Shown piece by piece: positions 35,254 through 47,807 of a stretch of 64,000 bases of DNA. The first letter of the stretch is position 1. Each line of letters starts with the position of its first letter. Both the position numbers and the translations under genes were made by a program. Under the pieces are notes generated by a model. The model was not told the DNA's origin and ran no database searches. It saw only the letters and a list, made by a program, of their open reading frames with translations. The DNA is taken from NCBI GenBank assembly GCA_964247055.1, contig OZ176055.1, positions 6,448,001-6,512,000 of the forward strand, in the 5' to 3' direction. Source of the stretch: Paragordius varius (Eukaryota; Animalia; Nematomorpha).

Positions 35254-35871
35254 ATAGCACATGCTGAACTAGAGAGCTACTTACTTGCGTGATATTTTGG
35301 ACGTTGATGTGATAGGGGACCTGATGATAAGGTTGGAGAATTGAATACCGCTTTTATACTTTCCAAACCTTCAATAACAGCTAAACACATAAATGATATG
35401 ATGGCAGCAAAAGTAAACCGATTTACCAAAGCCATATTTTAGTTTAAAATAATTTTGAGTATTTCTTGATTATCTCATAAATTGCAAACGATACATCGAA
35501 TCGGGATGTCAATTTTTCTATTTAATCGTATATTAAACATAATCATTTATTTTTACTTTTTATGAAACTACGATTAAGAAATATAATCGAATTTACCATT
35601 TTAAATGTATATATTCATTAATTTGCAATCCATTCTCTTCATAAAAATCATTCGTTTTTTAATTTTTATATATTATATTCATAATTTAATTTTCATTGAA
35701 ATATGTGTTTCAATGTTAGTTTAGTAACCATGAATGGCTACGAGGTGGGATACATTTTGTCGATAATATTCTACGGTCTGCAGCAGGCAAAATACTCGGG
35801 AATGATCTTAAACGAATTGCTTCAGATACATCTTTGCACACAAAATATTTTAGATATAATGAGAATGCTAA
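35254..35871 (+). pseudogene. Orphan duplicate of the last two exons of the acyl-CoA synthetase gene
   Basis: 35254-35412 aligns to 20904-21068 with frameshifting deletions (cttacaaatcgt vs cttgcgt; ggggtccct vs ggggacct). 35720-35871 aligns to 21410-21562. No upstream exons were copied. Confidence 0.85.
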
Positions 35872-37297
35872 TTCAATTATGATATATGTTTGATATATTT
35901 TTCAAAGACGCATAGTATTATATATTTACATGAAATCAAAGCGTAATGTACAATGCACCATTTAATAACTTATCAAAATTATATAAAAAATTATAAAAGT
36001 TAATTTAAAATATCTATAAGGTTTTCATTAGTATTTATTATGCGTGGTAGTCAAATTCCAATATATCATTTTTTAAATATAATAATCTATATACTATGTT
36101 ATATTGTGAAATTGATCCGAAATATATGCAATTATAGGCCATGTCACGCATCGCTGTGACTTAGCCAATGATTTTTTTAGGTTTTCAAAATAGTGACCCT
36201 AAGATTATAGAAAATTTAAAACAGACCTATTTGTTTCAATTGTTTATGTCACTATTACGGTAGCCAAATTCACGAATTTTTAATGAAGAAGCGTGTTTGT
36301 AGAATGAGGCTCGGACTAAGAGCCATTTTAAAAAAGGACTTGACTATAAACTGCGTCTTTGGGGGATCTAGGATGATTATTAAAGTCATATCGCCTCTCA
36401 TAATTTTTCCGAAATGCCTCGAAAAATTTGTGGCACCTGTGTTTTTCCGCAATAACGCTTATTATACAGGAGGTTATTCTGAACACATGGGCTCCAACAT
36501 AATATGTGATAATAATCTTAAATAAAAATAAATCTAACGATTTTGAAAACTTGCATTAAACACACTGGGCCCTCGAATTTATTGACAACTTCTCCTATTT
36601 GTACACTATGTAGGTTAAACACAGGGGGAATGGTTTTCGACTATGATCGGCGTTATGAATGAATCGATATTTACTTTAAAGTTGTAACTTAAAATTTTTC
36701 CAATTTCTTTTAAATATATTTATTTATGAAAGTTTTCCATTTTCCATTATTAGGTTTTAATTTCAGTCAATTTATTATAATTTAGATATAAATATTAATA
36801 GTAGGGTTAAGCCATATTCATATTGTAACGGATCCAGAAAAAGTAGTTGCTCACATTTATAAAATAGTGTGGCATATTCTTTAAACACGGGTTTGACTTG
36901 ATTAAGAGTCCAAGGAGGTAAATTTGCCCTTTAAACAACGTACAAAATATTATACATAATTGCATTACTAAAACGGTAAATATTCCATTTTTGCTTGCAC
37001 GCATAAATTAAACCATTTAATATTTACCATTAACTTGACCCATCAAAAGACTCCCAGGTGTGTAATGGCAACTGTAGTCATAAATAATTCACATAATCCA
37101 AAACCTTCCGATTGATAATTTAAACGGGGACACAGTGTTTGGTTGTTTTCGTAATTATCAAACAACGAAACACTGATAGGTGCATACTTTTCTAAAGATA
37201 TACATTAAAAATCGAACTTATACAAACAACATTAAACATAAAGACAGTTATATTTCAAAAGACCGCTATAATTTTTTGACTTTTAGTGCAAATTAAA

Positions 37298-38470
37298 TAG
37301 TGCCCACAAAGAAATAACCTGAATATACATATTCTGATAGGAAATGTATCAGGATTATCATAGTGGCTAGAGTTTAGGCTCTTACGGGTGATTTAAGAAA
37401 GTTATTTACCTTTTGTGGTAAATGCTCCATATTAAAAATTGAAATTTCCGCACATTTTTTAAATAATATTTTTTTGGTGAAAGCTAGAGGCTTCATTCTA
37501 AAAAATATTGTTAAATACATCATAAAGTACATATACAAAGCAAAACAATATTAGCAGATAATTTTTAGAAGTATGCTTCAAAAATCCCAAATTTTTTCCC
37601 TCTTCTAAAATGGGCTAGTCCTCTATAACAAACGCAATGCCGGCCGCGATAAAAATTTAAAATATATGATAGATTTTGATATCAACTAAAAATATTTTTA
37701 AAAAAATGCATACTTTATTCTTCAGCAAAATTTTGTTGTAGCGTACTTCGAACTATTTTGAGTCATGATGGAAACGGTTTAAAAAGGCTTTGAGATATAA
37801 TAAAAACACTTTTTCCATATAATTTAATGATAAACATTTCTATCACCTCAGAATTTTGATCAAATATATTCGTTTGACAAAAAAATGTATAATTATATAT
37901 TGTGTTTTTTTGCAAAAATTCACCAAAATTTTAAATCAAACAAACATTTAAATTAAAACTCTAAAGCGATAGAAATGTTCAGCATCATCGAATTATTGTT
38001 TTCAATCCGTTTCCATCATTACTCAAAATAAAGGTACGCTGCAATAAAATTTTGCTAAAAATTAATTTTTTTGAAAAGATATGCATTTTTTCAAAAAATA
38101 TTATTAGATGAATCTAAATTTACTATTTAAAATTTTTATAGCGGAATCCCAGCATTTTTGCGGTTTTCCAAAAAAACTAGCCCGTTTTGAAGAGCAAAAA
38201 AATTTGGAACTTTCAAAGCCCACATAAAATTAAATTATATATGTGGTATGATATAGTGATATTTTTTGGAATGAAGCCTCTAGCTTTCACCAAAATTTTA
38301 TTTAAAAAAATGTGCACAAATTTTACCATTTTCTGATATGGAGCACTTACCCCAAAAATATAAGTAATTTTCGCTAATCACGTACGGGCCAAAAGCCAAA
38401 TCAACCATGATAATTCTAATACATTTTCCTTCAGAATATATACTTCATTCGGTTATCTGTTTACCACTGA
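37298..38470. mobile_element. ~1.17-kb foldback / long-TIR non-autonomous DNA element (CAGTG-type ends)
   Basis: The left arm (tttttggtgaaagctagaggcttcattctaaaaaatat) is the reverse complement of the right arm (ttttggaatgaagcctctagctttcaccaaaa). Related sequence occurs at ~61590-62700 and ~63100-63720. Confidence 0.7.
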
Positions 38471-39433
38471 TTTTGGACGCAGTGTTATTGTTATAAATTG
38501 CAAAGTGTGAAGAGATATTGGCAACCACAAATTATATATTTTACAATTACTGTTAAATAATTTATATTGAAAAAATCAAGGTTGAAGAAGTATGGGTGTA
38601 TTTTGAAAAAAAAACTAAATGTTTTAACGTTTCGTCCGTATATTTTCAATTTTTACTGTATTAAAGTTTTAGATTAACTTAAAAGTAAACGCTAAATAAC
38701 ACTACCTGTGTAACTTAATCCGGCTACCATTAAATGTGATAATAATCTTTGACTACTATGTGGTAAGCAAATTGGTAATATACTAGAATCTAAAATTATT
38801 CTGTCTGTTGGAACTAATGGGACATTTACTTTGAGTGGAATGTCCAGACGTCTTTTTATTTTAATCATAACCAACCTTTCTATCTCCTCGATATCAGGCG
38901 CAATACCTTTTGTTTGAATCCAATATAATACATATATCAAATTTACAATGAAAACAGAAACCTATTTTCGGAATTTGGCAGCGTTTGTTTGCATTTAAAC
39001 ATATAATATAAACCCAATTTATTGTTTTGGAAAAGAAGTAAATATAAGTTAAAATTTCGGGTTAAAAAATAATTGAGTCCCCATAAAAATTTTCTTCTTT
39101 TTTCAGTTGCATAAATCTTAAAAAAACTCAATTTATATAATAAATCAATATTTAAATTATAATATAAATAAACCCTGATAAGCAACAATATGGTCTATAG
39201 AATAATGTCGTTCACTCACATCCCAATGATTAGCTGAATAATCACCAATTATTATACGGCTCTGAAGATATACTTGGTTTTTTCCAATGCACTTTTGAAC
39301 GGTTAGTACCCATTTGTGATTGAGCAAAGCCCCTGAACACGTTTTATTATGGGGTGTTTCGATTCGGACCAACCTGTTTCGAGAAATAATAATGAGCACA
39401 ATTAATTAACACAAATATGTCATTTTATGTTAT

Positions 39434-40663
39434 AGTAGCTGGCCCTATCACGCTTTGTTGTGACGTAGTCACCGATAATTATTCCTAATAATTTGCAATA
39501 ACTAGAGGCAACGAAGATATAAATAATAAAAAATATATTTAATAAAAAGAATGCCTTTAATTATATTTTTACGGGATTTTGTATAGGCTATCGTTAACTA
39601 ATTGACCATATTTAAACTGTCCCTTATTAAACTTAATTCAAGCATTGGGTTTATTTTAAGATTTTTACGAAATCATGGTTGAAAGTTATATTTCGAAATT
39701 GTGTTCCACAGATGGGATCAAGGGATATAAAAAGTAAGTCATTTGTGGTCCCTTTTTAAAGGAAAGAATGATATACGATTCCCCAAAAATGTGTTTAACT
39801 AAACTCGTATGGCTTCTTAAGTTTTTTGAAAATTGGCTCCAAAACCACGCCATTTTTGTATGGCATCTCAGAACCGGTAGACTCCTACCCATACAAGCTC
39901 TGAGTTAAATTCTTTGTCTTTATAGAGTTATTTGGAAGTTGCGTTGTTTTGGAGCTAATCAGAAAATTTATGAAGCCATATGAGCTCATTAAAAGAAGCT
40001 TGAAAGATTACTCGTAACTAGCTAAAAATTAAGGTCAGGCGTTTTTTTACTAGCCGTTAATTTGGTTCCCTAAAAATACACTATCATATAATAATTATTT
40101 GGTGTTGAAATATTTTTTCCATAACCCATGAGACGATGGTATCAAAGATAGCGCAGTTTATGGCGGGTAGCTCCTTACCCAGCAGCCAATATAAAAAAGC
40201 AGACTAAAATTTCTGACTTTTAACAGGAACCTGGAATCCTCATTGAATTTTTACGGTCTCATACCTTCAAAAAATAGATTCAAAAAAATATTTTTGTGGA
40301 CTTGGTTTTTTGAAAAAAATGGCATTTTACGGGGGGAGCGGGTAAAATGAGGGCTTAAATTAAAAAGCGAGCCTATGTTTGGCACAATCGAAAATAAGTA
40401 AAATAAATCACATTCGAAATCGAACGGTCCAGCACGTTTTCCGGAAAATTGTCTCAAAGACACGATTTTTGTGGACTTTTGTTTTCAAAAAAACCCGTTT
40501 TTTATGCGGGGTGGGCCCGAACTAGTGGCCTAATTTAAAAAAAGAAATTGTCGGGGCATACATTATGATTATATTTTTTTCGACATTTGGATTTAAATGG
40601 GTCTACCGATTTTCCGGAAACAGATTACAAAGCCAGCATTTTCCATTTTTATAAATATATAGA
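39434..40663 (-). mobile_element. Non-autonomous Helitron-like element, same family as 23.3-24.4 kb
   Basis: Minus-strand 5' end tctatatatttataaaaatggaaaatgctggc at 40663. The body is shared with 23465-24452 and, inverted, with 45700-46572. Confidence 0.6.
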
Positions 40664-42115
40664 TTAATTTTGTTAAAACTTCCCTCACTAACATAAATAT
40701 TTAAGGAATTCATCCAATTTTAAGATGTGCCTGTAATAGATCTATAGTGGCAGAAGTTAGTTTTTTTCGGTGAAGGATTGACAATAACTTAGGTGAATGG
40801 CGCCAACAGCATGTCTTTTGACTCTGGTAAGCTACCATTTTTATGTGGCTTATTTCTATTAATTAGAACTTATAACTAGAAAACTAGGAGGAAATGTAGT
40901 TGTATAAAATGTATATTTTGATGGCTTATTTATCTTAAACAAATTTGAGTCTGCTCGACGTCTCATTCACATGATCTTTAAAATTTGTTATAACAAATTC
41001 CCCAATTTTTAAACTGTTTCATCAAGATTAAATTATTGCATAGAGATTTTATGTATTTTAAAATATAAATATACCAAGGTACAGGGAAATGCGGAGTTTT
41101 TTCAGTCCTTATTTGTTCCCAAGCTGGTGATCCGATTTTACTATATAAATCTTGCTTGTGAATTACTCCACAAAATTTTTCTATCATGTATAAAATATGG
41201 ATATAATTTATTTTTCCAAACGAGTCAATAAGAAAATTTTCAGTTTTAAAAACTCGTAAATTGTATTGTTAGGGTTGATATTCGGTTAAAATTCGGAATC
41301 AGTTTATTAATCATTACAAATTTAAACCGAAGCTCCGTTTTTTATTTATTCTCCAACTTACCAATTTCATTTAAAATACCAGTTTCTATTACTAGTCACG
41401 GTTTCTTAAACAATAACCAATAACACCATTTAGTTTTGGTTGCGAATCTGTGATATAATCACTATATTCCCTAATCTCATAGTTCCGCCTTAATCTCTAT
41501 AAAATAGACCGTAATGGGTAATAAAATCAATTTCACATTGCTAGGTACTGTTAAAACTCTATTGAATATATTAGTTTTTTATTTCATAAGTACATTTAAA
41601 CTCTATAGGAAAATAATATTTTTTTCCAAATGAAATGATGTTTAACACAAATTTCGATTAAATCTTAATAAATTAGCTCCTTAAATGTGATCTTAGCAAT
41701 AAATTAAACAATATTGGTAAATAAAAGAACAAAATATTATATTGCCATTTTAGTTTTAAATTATAAAAACTTGAATTGCATTCCGATCCAAAGCGACTTA
41801 TACAATGGCAATAATTAAATGAGTCACATGATCCATACGAAGAATCGGTGCAATTGCACTCTAGAAAAAAATGCATAATAAAAGAAGTTCCTCAAAAAAT
41901 TTAGCGCAAATATGTAAAACACAAACTTTGAAACTGCATCTTAATTAATTTTATTAAAAAACATACCTTTATCACATGTTTTCCCGGTAAATCCTGGCTT
42001 GCAATTACAATAACCAAGGAAGTCACAAACGTTATCAAAAGAATTATTGCTACATTTGCATTCTATGATTTAATCAATTTACAATATTATTCAGCTCTAC
42101 AAGGATTCTCTAAAC

Positions 42116-42382
42116 CAGGATGTGTCCAAATGGCTTCGCGGGCCGCATAACCCAGTGTGCCGCATAAAATTATTTGGGCAATAAATATTTTATTAGATTT
42201 CTTACATAAAACTGTGAAATGTAAACAAAATATTAATTTTTTCTGGTTCGTTGCAAATTTGATACTCAATCAGAAAATTTGTATGGTATTTAATTATAGT
42301 AACAGAATATTAACATATTTTTGAGAATTATGGATTTCGAAATTTTTAACGGGTCGCACAGACCGCCTATCGGACACCCCTG
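42116..42382. mobile_element. hAT-type MITE copy
   Basis: caggatgtgtccaaatggcttcgcgggccgcat ... ggacacccctg. Confidence 0.65.
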
Positions 42383-44420
42383 CTTAAACATTTTTTTATT
42401 TAAACATTGTTAAAATTAAGAACCATATACAGCTACCATACTCACAAAACTGTCCATAATAACCAGGACTACATTTGCAATATCCTCTAGCATCGCACCA
42501 ATTCGTATCTGAGTGTATGCAGTGGCAAGCTATAATTTTAGGAGGAAAAATATTAATTAATGCAGCCACATAATATACTAATATTTTAGTTTCGTTTTTT
42601 TCCATTGCAGTAGCTCACCGTAAATCTTTATAGACTTGCTTTAGATTTAGCAAAATTTAGTTTTGTTAAGTTGCAGAATGTAATATTTATACCTAGAGTA
42701 CATCTTAATCCACGGTATCCATCTCTACAATTACATTGGCCATCTAAATCGCGACAATCGGCCCCCAAACTTGTGCAATTATGGCACCTGCATTCTATAT
42801 TAAATCAATTTTTCAATAAATAAATGAAATTTATCATTATTCTTGGAAAATAACTTTTTTGATATATGTATTAATTCATAAGGAATTTATTAAATTTTTT
42901 AGTGTATCTGGAGCATTAACCAAACAGGTTTAATTAAAATTTAGCCATTTTTAATATATATTTTATTAATTTTCGCATTCGTTCTCGCATAAAAACAGTT
43001 TTTTTGCCGCAGGCCAATTAATGTGATATTTTTGAATTGAAATAATTATTTTGTGCAGTCTGTGTTTTTCACAAAAAGTGGTTTAACTTTATAATAATTG
43101 ATAAAGGTTTAAATCTAATTTATGTGAACCTAATTTACCTTGTTCACAAGTTGTCCCAAAATATTCAGGTCGACAAGAGCATTGACCATCAAAAGGACAT
43201 TCGGTGGTGATAGATCCGATTTGGTTGCAACGGCAATCTATTTACACGTTATTATTAAAATGTTTCAATTAACGGTGTATATTGGTTTTATGTGAATATA
43301 ATTTTAAATTTTTATATCGTCTCATGAATAGTGAACAAATCTCACCATTCGAACATTTTTAATATTCACTACTGACCTTTTTATATGCATGTTACAACTG
43401 GATAAAAATATATTTATTTTGTAGTTCGCTCTCTGATCAGATTCAATTTGAATTACACATAAAAATCATATTATTATCCCTGTCATAAGCGAACTTTTTA
43501 TACAGGAAAGATAATCATGCATCCTCAAATAAAAAATATAGTTGTTCTGCTAAAATATATAACACTTTCGAAAAAAATTATTTATATGTTCCAAACGTTT
43601 GTCGCATTTCCTTCCTGCATAACGAGTCTTACAACGACACAATCCATCCGAATCGCATTCACGGGATAATGCGTTTTCAGAACACTGGCAGTCTAAACAT
43701 TAAATATTGAATTAATAAATAAAATAAATCTTATAGTAATTATTTTTACACAAGGATCATAATACTGCAAGGAATTACCAGAATTATTCATTAATATTCG
43801 GACAGTAATCTTTTTTTAAAAAACTGCATTGGTTGTATCATTTATAACGTGTATTTCCAAGATGTCTCTGATTGGTACACCTCTATAATCAAACAAAGGG
43901 CATCTTGCAAATACATGTAATCCATGATACAAACAGGCCTCATAGTCTTACAAATAAAAATACCATCCGGATATAAACAGGTTTTCTAAGACATAGTTCC
44001 ATTACTGTAAATTTGTCTAGTCTATCAAATTACTTTCTGCAAAAATGTTTTCCAAACTATTCTTACAAAGGGGGAATACATATTGTAATAATTTTTGACA
44101 GTATCCATATCTATATGCCTTTAGCCATATTTAGAATTGGATCTCTGAACAGTCAAGTAGTAATTCCTACCTTAATTCCTTATAAATGAAGTCATTCACT
44201 GTCATAACCAGTTAAATACTATCACAATCGCTAACATATTTTGTAAACAAAATAACCAATCAAATTGGTGTTTATCAATGTTAACAGACAATTTGTTTTA
44301 AACCATTAAATATAAATTTCTGTCGTATTCTTTTATATATCAGGTGATAAACATTTGTTAAATTTTTTGAAATATTTAAAAGCGGTCATAGTCGTGGTTA
44401 TAACTTAATATACCATTTGC

Positions 44421-44562
44421 ACTTCAAAAGTGTCCTTGAACACTTCGAGTTGTCCTTGAACATTTAAAGTTGGTCCTTGAACACTTCAGGTTGGCCTTGA
44501 ACATTTCAAGTTGGTCTTTGAACACTTCAAGTTGGTCCTTGAACACTTCAAGTTGGTGCTTA
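44421..44562. repeat. Minisatellite, ~7 copies of a 20-21 bp unit (acttcaagttggtccttgaac)
   Basis: Head-to-tail units with no spacers. Confidence 0.9.
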
Positions 44563-45464
44563 AAATTTTTTATTGATTTAATTATAATTTTTGCATCTAT
44601 ATTATTTTATTATTTTTTAACCTAATTTTCTTTATTTAATATATATTTATTTATTTTAAGATTTATCTTCAAAAACCACTTTTTTTGTTCCAGAATATAA
44701 TTTTTCCACCTTAACAAAATTATTTAAATGTTATTAATTACTGTAATAATAACCCAGAAAACTTATATATTTTTTAATTACGTGTTAAAATCTTAAAAAT
44801 ATCCAAAATAATTTTAAGAATAAAGATATACGATTTAGCCAAAGTTGTCTTTATAGCTATATGTATTTGAAAATTACCCAATGAGCATGTTCTACCATAG
44901 TAACCTCTTTTACAATTACATTGGCCTTTTGTTATTATGTGACAGTCATTTATTGTGCTTTGATTGGAATGACAATTGCAAGCTTAAAAAAGAATATTAC
45001 AAAAAGGGTATAAAATAAATAAAATTAAATATAGTAAATAAAACTTTGAGGTTAGTTTTTATAAGTTTTGAAATATGTTTATAGATAGAGAAAGATTTTA
45101 ATAATCCAAGATTGGCAACACCATAGTAAAACAAAAGTTTAATAAGTCAAATATCTAAATGAATGTTTTGCTAGTATTTTGTAACATGAAGTGAAACATT
45201 CATTCAATAGTAACATGTTTATCCCATATTACAACCAAGTTTTAAATACTGGAAAGGTAAAGGCATTTTAGGAAGCTGACCATACTAAAACCTAAAAATT
45301 TATTATTAAAGGTAATTTCTACATTCAATAAAATATTAATTTTGTTGTAACATGGATCGATGTCGATATAATGCTTTTTTCGTAGGTGTATATTTGTTTT
45401 TTTGTTCGGGAAATCGAAAATTATAATGATAGAATGGTTTCTTTAGTCACGTTGTTGATCTAGA

Positions 45465-46791
45465 GCAGGGCCTCTTAAACTATGGGTCGCGACCCCATTT
45501 GGGGTCGCGAGTGATCAAAATCCAATTTAACAAAAAAATGTTTTTTAACTTGTATTATTGTTATAAAGAAAAATAACAATCATCGTAGATAAATATATCT
45601 TAAATCTTCTGGTTCGGAAAGACTGTTTATACGAGCATTTCTGTTATCATTATAATCTATATATTTATAAAATTGTAAAATGTTGGCTTTGTGATCAATT
45701 AAACCGGCAGACCCATTCAAATCCAAATGTCAAAAAATATAATCATAAATAAATGTCCCGATAGCTTCGCCCTTTTTTTGAATTAGGCTCCCAGTTCGGG
45801 GTCCGTGTAAGAAACGGTTTTTTTTGAAAACAGAAGTCCAGAAAAATCGTGTCTTTGAGACAATTTTACGGAAAACGGGTTGTACCATTTGATTTCAATT
45901 ATGATTAATTTTACTTTTTTTCGATTGCGCCGAACCTATTCGGCCTAATTTTTTTAATTTTTACTCGTTCCCCCAGTAAAATGCCATTATTTTCAAAAAA
46001 ACTAAATAATTTTTTGCCCAGGGTAGGAGACCGTTAAAAATCAATTCTCTGTTAAAAGGCACAAATTTTAGTATTGCCTTTTTTTATATTGGCTGATGGG
46101 TAAACAGATAGCCGCTAAAACTGCGCCACTATATAAAAATTGCGTTGTTTTAGAGTTAATTTTTAAAAAACTTAAGGAGCCATACAAGTTCAGTTAAATT
46201 TATTTCTGGGGAATTTGTATAATATCATTCTTTCCTTTAAAAAGGGACCACAAATGATTTATTTTTTATATCTCTTGATCCCAGTTGTATGAACACTATT
46301 TTAAAATACTTTTAACCTTGATTTTATAAAAAGCTTAAAAATCCAATGATAGTTAAATATTAACTTTAATAAAGGACAGATTATATATGGTCAATTTCGT
46401 GTAAACAATATTTCAGCCTATGCAAAAACCTGTAAAAGAATAATTAAAGACATTCTTTTTATTTAATATGTTTATTATTATTTTTTTATCTCCATTAACT
46501 CTATTTATTGTAAATTATTATGAATAATTATCGGTGAGACTACGCCACACCGAAGCTAGACGGCAGCCAGTATCTTGTAGAAATTTACTATGAATCAGAC
46601 AATGTTATAGAAATTGATAAAAATGTAAATTTATTTTTGGCAATCTCTCAAAACCGAAATAATCCTGATAAATATTATCAACAAAATTTCTAAATGTTAT
46701 TTCGAAGAAACTATTATTTTATATTTATTGGGGTCGTTAAGCACGCTATCATAAATGGGGTGGGGACCTACAAAAGTTTAAGAAGCCCTGC
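45465..46791. mobile_element. hAT-like element with a nested Helitron-like insertion (~45700-46572)
   Basis: Ends cagggcctcttaaactatgggtcgcgacccc ... ttttaagaagccctg. The internal 45700-46572 segment is the reverse complement of the 39434-40663 element. Confidence 0.55.
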
Positions 46792-47518
46792 GTTTTACTG
46801 AATGCATTTTATGGAATCTCTTTTTGTGTTATCACTGGTACTCCAAGTTTTTTGCTCTGGTAGGGCCATTTACAAAGTCTAATTATAAACTTGTAGCAGG
46901 GCTATGTCAGGTTTGATTTTGTAAAGAATTTTGCTTTTGATTTTATTTTTTCAATTAATTTGCACATCTTTCTCCAACACCACATTAAATTTTTATTTTC
47001 CCTTTTTTGTTTGAGTCGCTACGGCTTAAAGCATAATTGGGAGATCAGAGATTTGATTAATATGGTTTTGACTTTAAGTTTGCTGTCATGTAATGACCAT
47101 AACCATAACTTGTTTTATTTTATCATAATCGCTTCGCCTATTTTCATTCTTCTCCTATAGATCTTTTTGATTACCAAGGTGTATGTAGTCTCGGACTAGA
47201 ACAATTTCATTTTTATGAATGTTTTGGTATTATTTGGTTTTGTATTATGGAAAAATTTGTGTGTTTCTGTTGTTGTAATTAGTGGTTTGCCGAATTTGAC
47301 ATTCGGTGGTAATTTGTATTAAAGTTTCTCGAGTTTGCCAAGTGACGATATTGAATCATCCGCTTAGTTTAGTGCCTATATAGTAATACCGGAGATTTTA
47401 TAGTATCCAATTGCTTGTGTAGTGTGGAGTTGATATGCATAATTTGTATATATCAATTTGAATATATGGAATTGATTAAGTATGTTTTTATATTTTTCAC
47501 AATACAAATAGTTTATCA

Positions 47519-47807
47519 TACCATTTACAATTCAAATTCACCCTTGAACAATTCAAATTATCCCGAACAATTCAAATTCACCCTAGAAATAAATTATGCG
47601 TTTTTGGAATAATTTAATTCATCATTAATATGAAATATATTTTTACGACATATTTTATTATTTTTTCAGAATTATATTAATTTTAACCGGAATTTTATAT
47701 TTTAAAAATGTTATAAAATAAAAGTAATTTTTAATCTTAAAAAACAAAAAATTTATTTTAGGGTGAATTTGAATTGTTCGAGGGTGAATTTGAATTGTAA
47801 ATGGTAT
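47519..47807. mobile_element. MITE with tandem subterminal repeats (aattcaaattcaccc); related copy at ~51495-51760
   Basis: taccatttacaattcaaattcaccc ... gggtgaatttgaattgtaaatggta, a perfect inverted pair. Confidence 0.75.

Noticed and set aside
37028-37050. In-frame TGA as selenocysteine or readthrough in copy 2
   Set aside because: It arises from a 4-nt deletion relative to copy 1, not from a recoded codon.
44421-44562. Short direct repeats resembling a CRISPR array
   Set aside because: Units are head-to-tail with no unique spacers, there are no cas genes, and the context is a eukaryotic intron; this is a minisatellite.
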